From NCBI GenBank assembly GCA_032128395.1, contig JAQBGV010000184.1, forward strand, positions 3,907 to 67,906: 64,000 nucleotides of DNA, given 5' to 3'. Positions 57,052 to 64,000 of the stretch are shown here, piece by piece. The first letter of the stretch is position 1; each line of letters starts with the position of its first letter. This DNA is from Planctomycetota bacterium. Its GTDB lineage: Bacteria > Planctomycetota > UBA8108 > UBA1146. The notes beneath the pieces were generated by a model. It searched no databases. It was given only the letters and a program-made list of their open reading frames with translations, and was not told the DNA's origin. Position numbers and translations under genes: made by a program.

Positions 57052-59097
57052 ATGAAGACGCTTCCTGGACGAACTCCTCTTGTAGTGATTCTGTTGCTCG
57101 GAATCACCCTGCTCGTTCCGATCGGAATGCGGGCGGTCGTCGCCGCGACGCCGGACGAGACCGCGATCTCCCTCGACGATGACCTCGAGCAGCTGAAACA
57201 GCGCTTCGAGAACGAGATCGAGAAGATGCGCGCGGAATTCCAGCGCGAACTCGAGCGGGTGCAGGGAACAGATCAGCGCACCGAACTGCGCAGAGCGCGG
57301 GAGCGCATCGAAGAACTCGAGCAAGAGAACGCCAGACTGCGGCGTGCGGTCCGAGAGCTCCGCGGTGCCGCAGGAGCGGGCGGTGAGGCAGGAGCGGAGA
57401 GGGAGCGCTTGCCAGAGCCACGCGGCGAACGTCCTCGCGGGATGCTCGGAGTGACCCTCTCGGGCGCCGATCCCGAACTCGCAGAGAGTCTCCGGGTCGA
57501 TGCCGAGAATTGTGTGCAGATCACCGGGATCCAGGCTGGGAGTCCGGCGGCCCGGATGGGGCTGCGCTCCGGCGACATGATCACTTCGTTCGATGGCAAC
57601 GAGGGGAACCTCGAGGCGTTCGTCGCACACATGAGTAAGAAGCGCGCCGGCGACGAGGTCGTCATCACGTACGCCCGTCGCCAGGAGTCCGGCGACATTT
57701 TGCGAATCACCGGACGCACCGAGTTGATGGCGTGGCGCGAGCCGACTGCGACCGACCTTCGGCCGTTGATCGTGGCAGAGCCTCGCAACGACCCTCCTCC
57801 CTCCAGGGGACCGATCTCTCTCGGGGTCTCCGTCGTCGCGAGCGAAGCGGGGAACGGAGTCGTGGTCACCGATGTGACGGAAGATGGGAATGCCGCCGCG
57901 GCGAAGATCGAGACCGATGACCGGATCGTCCGTTTCGGGGAGAGCACGATCGGTTCGATCGACGATCTGCGCGGTGCGTTGCAGCAAGTCTCCTCGGGGG
58001 ACGCGGTCACGATCCAGTTCGTCCGCGGAGGCGCCCAGTGGCAGAGCCGAGTGCGACTCTCCCATCGCGCTGGCAGCGCCGAGATTCTTCACGGCCCCGA
58101 TCGAGTCGGGGGGGGTGAAGTGCGTGGAGATGGCGGCTCGAATCGCCAGCCCGGATTCCTCGGCATCGCCATCGATCCGGAGGCGGAAGGGCTCGCGGTC
58201 GGAGAGGTCGTGGCGGGGAGCACCGCCGAGGCGATGGGACTCTTGGTCGGAGATCGGATCGTCTCCGTCAACGACTCCCGGGTTCGTACCAGCGCTGAGC
58301 TGAGATCTGCCCTCACCGCCCTTTTCGCCGGCGACCGCATCTTCATGACGGTGCGCCGCGGCGGGGCGAGGCAGAACGTCGAAGGGACCCTCGGGGCGCG
58401 TCCGGAGGAGCGCGAGCAGTCCCGGGTACCGGTGGCGAGCCCGGCGAGGGTTCGCACCGTTGCCGCACGAACGGCTGAGGCCGCTCTCGTGAACGCTGCC
58501 GCTCCCACCGTCGAGCCCCGAGGCGAGCTCGGGGTGATCGTCGTCGAGCGCGAGGGTGCCGTCGTCATCGAGGAAATCCCCCGAGGGAGCGCGGCGGGGG
58601 CCGCCGGGGCCCGGAGCGGCGACACGATCCGCCGGATCGAGGGGCGCACGGTCGACGGATTCGCATCGATCGAGACCGTCCTCACCAGCCGCAGCGCTGG
58701 AGATCGGATCGCGCTCACGGTCGAGAGGGACGGACGGCCGATCGAGCTCCGAGTGACCTTGGCCGGGGCGACTCGAGACGTGCCCCTTCCGAGCAAGCCC
58801 CTCGAGGCCACGACTCCGGTGCGACAGATCGCTCCCGTCGGCACGCCACACCTCGGTCTCGAGGTCGAGGAGCGCGCCGACGGAATCTGGATCGTCGCGA
58901 TCGATTCCGGAGCCCCCGCCGCCTCGGCCGGACTGCGGATCGGGGACCGCGTGCTCACCCTCGGGGGGATCGAGGTCACCGATCTCGGTTCGATGCACAG
59001 AGCGGTCGACGGGCTGCGCGGGCAAGAGTCCTCCGAAGTCACCGTTTGGCGCGGAGACCACGAGGAGCGCCGTGAGGTGACCCCCCAACCGCGGTGA
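57052..59097 (+). CDS. Periplasmic protein with signal peptide, coiled coil and five PDZ domains, no protease domain (annotated ORF begins 56407)
   Basis: Signal MKTLPGRTPLVVILLLGITLLVPIG; five GxxAGLRxGDxI-type PDZ carboxylate-binding/beta blocks. Confidence 0.6.
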   Translation: MKTLPGRTPLVVILLLGITLLVPIGMRAVVAATPDETAISLDDDLEQLKQRFENEIEKMRAEFQRELERVQGTDQRTELRRARERIEELEQENARLRRAVRELRGAAGAGGEAGAERERLPEPRGERPRGMLGVTLSGADPELAESLRVDAENCVQITGIQAGSPAARMGLRSGDMITSFDGNEGNLEAFVAHMSKKRAGDEVVITYARRQESGDILRITGRTELMAWREPTATDLRPLIVAEPRNDPPPSRGPISLGVSVVASEAGNGVVVTDVTEDGNAAAAKIETDDRIVRFGESTIGSIDDLRGALQQVSSGDAVTIQFVRGGAQWQSRVRLSHRAGSAEILHGPDRVGGGEVRGDGGSNRQPGFLGIAIDPEAEGLAVGEVVAGSTAEAMGLLVGDRIVSVNDSRVRTSAELRSALTALFAGDRIFMTVRRGGARQNVEGTLGARPEEREQSRVPVASPARVRTVAARTAEAALVNAAAPTVEPRGELGVIVVEREGAVVIEEIPRGSAAGAAGARSGDTIRRIEGRTVDGFASIETVLTSRSAGDRIALTVERDGRPIELRVTLAGATRDVPLPSKPLEATTPVRQIAPVGTPHLGLEVEERADGIWIVAIDSGAPAASAGLRIGDRVLTLGGIEVTDLGSMHRAVDGLRGQESSEVTVWRGDHEERREVTPQPR

Positions 59098-59642
59098 GTC
59101 CTGCGAGTTCTCGGGGGCTCGCTTCTCGGATCGCGCTCCTCGGATTGCGAGGTTCCGGGAAGACGACGGTCGGGAGGCTCCTCGCAGCCCGTCTCGGCGT
59201 TCCCTGGCACGACACCGATCATTCGATCGCAGCAACGACGCTCGCTTCCCCCGCCGAGCTTCTCTCGAGCGGCAGGATCGCGGAGCTTCGTGCTGCGGAG
59301 TGCCGGGTCGTCGCCGAACTCTCCCAGCTCACCGCGGCCGTCATCTCCCTCGGAGGCGGCGCCGTGGAGAGCCCGGAAGTTCTCGCCGCGCTCCACGACT
59401 GGCGTGCATTTCTTCTCGATGCCCCCGATGCGGAACTCGCTCGCCGCATCGCCGGGGACCCCTCGCCGCGCCCTCCGCTCACCGATCGGACGCCGCTCGA
59501 AGAGATCGCCATCCTGAGAGAACGACGCTTCGCTCTTTACACTGCGCTCGACCCGGTGATCATCGCGACCGCGTTCCGCTCACCGACCGAGATCGTCGAC
59601 GAGATCTTGATACGTCTCGCCGAAGGGGAAGAGTCTTCGTGA
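59094..59642 (+). CDS. aroK: Shikimate kinase; GTG start overlapping upstream stop
   Basis: P-loop GLRGSGKTTVG, DTD motif; size 182 aa. Confidence 0.75.
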   Translation: MSPASSRGLASRIALLGLRGSGKTTVGRLLAARLGVPWHDTDHSIAATTLASPAELLSSGRIAELRAAECRVVAELSQLTAAVISLGGGAVESPEVLAALHDWRAFLLDAPDAELARRIAGDPSPRPPLTDRTPLEEIAILRERRFALYTALDPVIIATAFRSPTEIVDEILIRLAEGEESS

Positions 59643-59712
59643 TCCGTTTGCTGAGTGGAGTTCGGCTGCGGGGGGCTCAGGAGTCGGGGTGTGGTCGGGG
59701 GAGTAGGGGCGA

Positions 59713-60804
59713 GTGACTCCGATCGATCTCTTCACCAGCTTCGCAACTCTCCTCGGAGCGTGTGTCGGCAGCTTCCTCAACGTCTGCATCTATCGCATTC
59801 CCACCGAGGGGATGACGATCGCCCGGCCACGAGGCTCGTTCTGTCCGAAGTGCCGTGCCCCGATTCGTTGGCACGACAACATCCCGATCCTCGCCTGGCT
59901 AGCCCTCGGCGGGAAGTGCCGCGCCTGTCGCGCTCCGATCTCCTGGCGATATCCGGTGATCGAGCTCCTGACCGCAGCCCTCTTTCTCGTCATTTGGCTC
60001 CGCTTCGGTCCCAGCGACGCGACCGAACTCCCATCGCTCGCGATGTGGGGGACGGTGGCCTTCTGGTGGGCGACCTTCGCCGCGATGTTGGTCATTGCGA
60101 TGATCGACATCGACCACCGAATCATCCCTGACGAGATCAGCGTCACCGGCGGTGCGGCGATCCTCCTCGTCGTCCCCCTCCTCCACGGGGTTCCCCCCGA
60201 CCGGTCTGGGCTCGAGACGATCCAGCGGGTGCTCGAGCCGCTCGATCGGGCCATCGCCCCCGGGTCCGGGTCCTGGATCCAGGGCGGACTGGCGTTGTGC
60301 TTCGGAGCGGCGGCGATGGCGGCGATGCGGCGCTTCAGTCGCGACTGGCAGGGGAATCGGCGGACTTGGTGGGGGACCCGCTGGGCCGGCGCGGTCGGGG
60401 CTGTGGCCGGGATCGGGGTCGGAGGGCTGCTCTGCCACACTCTTTGGCTCCATGGGCCGTCCGCGGCCGCGCTCGTTCCCTCTCTCCTCGGCTCGGCGAT
60501 CGGGGCGGGCACGATCTACGCGATCGGCGTCGCCGGGAAGCTGGCGTTCCGAAAAGAGGCGATGGGATTCGGCGACGTGAAGCTGATGGGGCTGCTCGGT
60601 GCATTTCTCGGCCTCCAGTACGTCTTGCTCGCGATCTTCGTGGCGAGCTTTCTCGGATCCGTGATCGGGGTCGGGCTGCGACTCATCACTCGATCGAGCT
60701 ACATCCCCTTCGGGCCGTTCCTCTGCGCGGGAGCCTCGATCTTGGTGCTTGCGAGCGATCAGGTCGACGCCGCGATTCGATGGTATCTCAGTCTGTTCCG
60801 GTGA
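59713..60804 (+). CDS. pilD: Type IV prepilin peptidase (A24 family)
   Basis: N-terminal CxxC...CxxC zinc-binding (CPKCRAPI...CRACRAPI), conserved DIDH... and GFGDVKL motifs. Confidence 0.8.
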   Translation: MTPIDLFTSFATLLGACVGSFLNVCIYRIPTEGMTIARPRGSFCPKCRAPIRWHDNIPILAWLALGGKCRACRAPISWRYPVIELLTAALFLVIWLRFGPSDATELPSLAMWGTVAFWWATFAAMLVIAMIDIDHRIIPDEISVTGGAAILLVVPLLHGVPPDRSGLETIQRVLEPLDRAIAPGSGSWIQGGLALCFGAAAMAAMRRFSRDWQGNRRTWWGTRWAGAVGAVAGIGVGGLLCHTLWLHGPSAAALVPSLLGSAIGAGTIYAIGVAGKLAFRKEAMGFGDVKLMGLLGAFLGLQYVLLAIFVASFLGSVIGVGLRLITRSSYIPFGPFLCAGASILVLASDQVDAAIRWYLSLFR

Positions 60805-60935
60805 CGCTCACGACACCCGGATCGAACATTTCCGACGGCGTCCGAGCCGCTCCCCTTGTCCCCGGAGCGGGCCCTGATTAGAGTGCCACCCCGGCGAAAA
60901 GCCGCGTCCGCACTGAGAAAATCGGTTGGGGAAGG

Positions 60936-61700
60936 ATGGACTCCACGATGCACATGCGCTCCCGACTCGCCTTGATCTCCCTCACGATGGTCGTGCTTCC
61001 TGGTTTTTCCGGGGGGTGCGGAGTGATGAGCCTCCAGAAGGAGGTCGATTGGTACAAGCAGCAGCTCTCGAGCAGCGAGTCGGACCGGCATCGGCTCGAA
61101 CTCGAGCTCGCGCAGAGCGAAGGCTCGCAAAAGGGCTGGTCCGATCGCACCTCCGATCTGAGGGGGGAGCTCGACCGGGCCGAGCAGGAGCTCCTGGCGC
61201 TGCGTGCTCAGCAAGAGTCGCGCGACCTCGAGCCGGTCGATATCCAGCCGGTCTCTGGGACCTTCCCGGGGGACCCTGAGGACTTCGCCGGGATCGAAGG
61301 CGTTCAGGCGACCCGCGGTGAGAACGACGAAATCCGCCTGACGCTCGACCAGCAGATCCTTTTTGCCGCTGGGAGCGTGTCGATTCGGAAGAGCGGAGCC
61401 GAGACCCTGGGTCGCATCGCCGACGTCATCGGTCGGAGTTACCCCGGCCGCGAGCTGAGGGTCGAGGGCCACACCGACAACGCGCCCCCCGAGAAGGTGA
61501 AGGCGCTCTATCCGACGAACTGGGAACTCTCGACCGCCCGCGCCTGCGTGGTCCTGCGAGCCCTTATCGACACCGGCAAGGTCGATGCGCGGCGCGCGGC
61601 TGCGATTGGGTATGCGGATCAACACCCGGTCGCGGAGAACACCACAGATGCCGGGCGTCACCAGAACCGCCGGGTCGAGGTGATCGTTCGCGGGCGCTGA
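60936..61700 (+). CDS. OmpA/MotB-family peptidoglycan-associated lipoprotein with coiled-coil spacer
   Basis: Lipobox FSGGCG; OmpA_C motifs LRVEGHTDNAP, NWELSTARA, NRRVEV. Confidence 0.7.
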   Translation: MDSTMHMRSRLALISLTMVVLPGFSGGCGVMSLQKEVDWYKQQLSSSESDRHRLELELAQSEGSQKGWSDRTSDLRGELDRAEQELLALRAQQESRDLEPVDIQPVSGTFPGDPEDFAGIEGVQATRGENDEIRLTLDQQILFAAGSVSIRKSGAETLGRIADVIGRSYPGRELRVEGHTDNAPPEKVKALYPTNWELSTARACVVLRALIDTGKVDARRAAAIGYADQHPVAENTTDAGRHQNRRVEVIVRGR

Positions 61701-61967
61701 CCGGGGGATCCCGTTCACGGGGGACTTCCAGGGTCTTCGGGAAGCCTTGCAACCCCTCGTGAGCCTCCGTACCCTACCGAACTCGGGCGTGTTTCCACCT
61801 CTCTCGGGCGAGGACGGCTCTGTTCCTCGATCGAAAATGCCCTCGACTCGGCGCGCCGCTCCCGGCGGCGTACTTTCCTCCATCGGTCCAAGCACCGAGG
61901 AGAGTGAGCCGATCGGAGGAGAAGGGTCGACCGCCCCCTCCCGACGGGATGACAGGAGAGGTGCAGA

Positions 61968-63995
61968 GTGGCCCAGAGGATCCGCAACATCGCCATCGCC
62001 GGACACGGAACCTGCGGCAAGACGACTCTGCTCGAAACCCTTCTGGCCCTCGGGCGAGCGATCCCCCGCGTGGGGAAGGTCGACGACGGGACCTCGATCC
62101 TCGACCATTCCTCGGAGGAGCGCTCCCACCGATTCACGGTCGCCGCGACTCCCTGCTACATCGAGCATGATGGGGTTCTCCTCCAGATGCTCGACACGCC
62201 CGGATACGCCGACTTCCGTGGTGCGGTGACCGAGGCATTCGCGGCGGTCGAGACTGCCCTCATCGCGATCGACGGCTCCGCTGGGATCCGGGTGAACACC
62301 CGCAGGGTCTGGGATGACGCCGAGCGCGCCGGCCTCGGTCGAGTGATCGTGATCATGCGACTCGACACCGAGAACGCTCGATTCGACGAGCTGGTCGAGG
62401 AGATCCGCAGCACTTTCGGAAAGCAGTGCGTTCCCCTCGAGTTTCCCGATGAAGCGGGCCCCTCCTTCAGTTCGGTCGAGAACGTGCTCGAGACGGGAGC
62501 GACCGGTTCGGAGCGCTCCCAGCGGATGTTCCAACAGATGCGCGAGGCGATCATCGAGTCGGACGAATCGATGATGGAGCGCTATCTTGCCGAGGAGCAG
62601 ATCTCCGACGCGGAGGTACGAGACACGTTCTCGACCGCGGTCCTCTCGGGTGCCGTCGTGCCGATTCTCTGCTGCTCATCGGTCAAGGGGATCGGGATCA
62701 ACAAGTTGCTCCACTTCCTGGTCTCGATTCCTCCGACCCATGATTCCGCGGTGCAACGAAAGCTGGTCGACGCGGAGGGGAACGAGAGCGTGGGGTCTGC
62801 GTCGGGAAGTGCGAGTGATCCGCTGATCGCCCAGGTGTTCAAGATCGAGCTCGACCCTTTCGTCGGGAAGCTCTCCTACGTCCGCATCCACTCGGGAACG
62901 CTGACTTCGAACACGCCGGTCCAGAACTTGACCCGGCGGGTGAAGGAGAAAGTGAACACGATCCTACGGATGCAGGGGAAAGACCATACGACGATCGAGA
63001 GCGCCGGTCCGGGCGAGATCGTCGCTCTCCCCAAAGTGGAGGAACTTTCGGTAGGGGACTGCCTCGGCGATGGAAAGTCATCGCTTTTCCCGGCGAAGAT
63101 CATCCACCCGAGCTCGATGGTGAAGCTTGCGGTCGAGCCGAAGAATCGGAACGACGAGACCAAGCTCTCCGAAGCGTTGAACAGGCTGCACGAGGCCGAC
63201 CCGACCTTCCAGTCGGCCCGGATCCGCTCTACCCACGAGCTCGTCATCGCGGGGAGGTCCTCCCTGCACCTCGATCTGATCCTCGAGCGCCTGAAGGACC
63301 AGTTCAAGATCGAGGTGGTGACGCACGTCCCGACCACCGCGTACCTCGAGTCGATCGGGGGGAGCTCCGAGGCGCACCATCGCCACCGGAAGCAGACGGG
63401 GGGGCGTGGCCAGTTCGGCGAGGTCTACATCCGTCTCGCCCCCGCCGATCGAGAGAAGTCACTCGTTTTCGTCAACAAGGTCGTCGGTGGCTCCGTCCCC
63501 CGGGAGTACATCCCCGCCGTCGAGAAGGGGGTGGCCGAGACGATGGAACACGGGGTGCTCGCGGGCTGCCCGGTGATCGGGTGCGAAGTGACCCTCTACG
63601 ATGGTGGGTATCACGCCGTCGACAGCTCCGAGATGGCGTTCAGGACTGCCGGTCGCGAGGCGTTCAAGAAGGCGTTTCTCGAGGCAAAGCCGGTCCTCCT
63701 CGAGCCGATCCTCAATCTCGAGGTGCATGTCCCCGGTCAATTCATGGGGGACATCACCGGCGATCTGAACAGCCGCCGTGGCCGGATCCAGGGGATGGAT
63801 CAGGATGGGGACCTGCAGGTGATCAAGGCTCAAGTTCCCGAGGCGGAGATGAAGACCTATTCCACCGATCTTCGCTCGATGACCGGGGGCGAGGGGAGCT
63901 ATTCCGTCGATTTTTCCCACTACGACACGGTTCCGGCGAGCGTCCAGCAGCAGATCGTGGCGGCGATCAAGAAGCAGCAGGAAGAAGCGAGCTAA
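61968..63995 (+). CDS. Elongation factor G paralog (EF-G-like translational GTPase) with divergent G1 and switch II
   Basis: Five-domain EF-G architecture; G1 AGHGTCGKTT (canonical AHIDAGKTT), switch II DTPGYADF (canonical DTPGHVDF), G4 present; GTG start with AGGAGAGG RBS. Confidence 0.8.
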   Translation: MAQRIRNIAIAGHGTCGKTTLLETLLALGRAIPRVGKVDDGTSILDHSSEERSHRFTVAATPCYIEHDGVLLQMLDTPGYADFRGAVTEAFAAVETALIAIDGSAGIRVNTRRVWDDAERAGLGRVIVIMRLDTENARFDELVEEIRSTFGKQCVPLEFPDEAGPSFSSVENVLETGATGSERSQRMFQQMREAIIESDESMMERYLAEEQISDAEVRDTFSTAVLSGAVVPILCCSSVKGIGINKLLHFLVSIPPTHDSAVQRKLVDAEGNESVGSASGSASDPLIAQVFKIELDPFVGKLSYVRIHSGTLTSNTPVQNLTRRVKEKVNTILRMQGKDHTTIESAGPGEIVALPKVEELSVGDCLGDGKSSLFPAKIIHPSSMVKLAVEPKNRNDETKLSEALNRLHEADPTFQSARIRSTHELVIAGRSSLHLDLILERLKDQFKIEVVTHVPTTAYLESIGGSSEAHHRHRKQTGGRGQFGEVYIRLAPADREKSLVFVNKVVGGSVPREYIPAVEKGVAETMEHGVLAGCPVIGCEVTLYDGGYHAVDSSEMAFRTAGREAFKKAFLEAKPVLLEPILNLEVHVPGQFMGDITGDLNSRRGRIQGMDQDGDLQVIKAQVPEAEMKTYSTDLRSMTGGEGSYSVDFSHYDTVPASVQQQIVAAIKKQQEEAS

Positions 63996-64000
63996 GAGGC

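Overview
High-GC (roughly 70%) bacterial chromosomal segment with dense coding on the + strand and many spurious antisense ORFs.

Gene content, in order:
- A division/cell-wall (dcw) cluster, probable ftsL-ftsI-murE-murF-ftsW-murG-(LysM protein)-murC-murB-ftsQ. It has no mraY, murD, ddl, ftsA or ftsZ in place.
- Downstream of ftsQ, a minimal MshEN-like protein and a 689-aa bitopic membrane protein sit where ftsA/ftsZ would be.
- A heat-shock operon: groEL-groEL-dnaJ-grpE plus FmdB and YacG-like zinc-ribbon proteins, with no groES or dnaK.
- A prepilin-type protein with an H-X9-D(G/N) C-terminal domain; a PQQ-repeat lipoprotein; tilS; a TonB-like protein; a TPR/HExxH secreted protein; purB; rsgA.
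- Two ECF sigma/anti-sigma pairs. One anti-sigma carries a periplasmic FecR domain; the other carries a GspG-like pseudopilin domain.
- A 6.7-kb block encoding several T2SSE_N/MshEN-domain proteins (including a 987-aa DUF4388-MshEN-TM-PEGA-PQQ protein) plus hemW. The block is bracketed by a roughly 63-bp inverted-orientation repeat pair.
- A histone H1-like Lys/Ala-rich protein; a PKD/dockerin-like secreted protein; an MFP+RND+RND efflux operon.
- tRNA-Leu(GAG), followed by tandem ~80-bp repeats and a polypyrimidine tract.
- An aminotransferase; a five-PDZ protein; aroK; a prepilin peptidase; an OmpA-like lipoprotein; an EF-G paralog with a non-canonical G1 motif and His-to-Tyr in switch II.

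The prepilin+H-X9-D(G/N) protein, the absence of ftsA/ftsZ and the PKD/dockerin protein suggest a PVC-superphylum (Planctomycetota-like) origin. This is inference only. All calls rest on motif recognition by eye; no searches were run.
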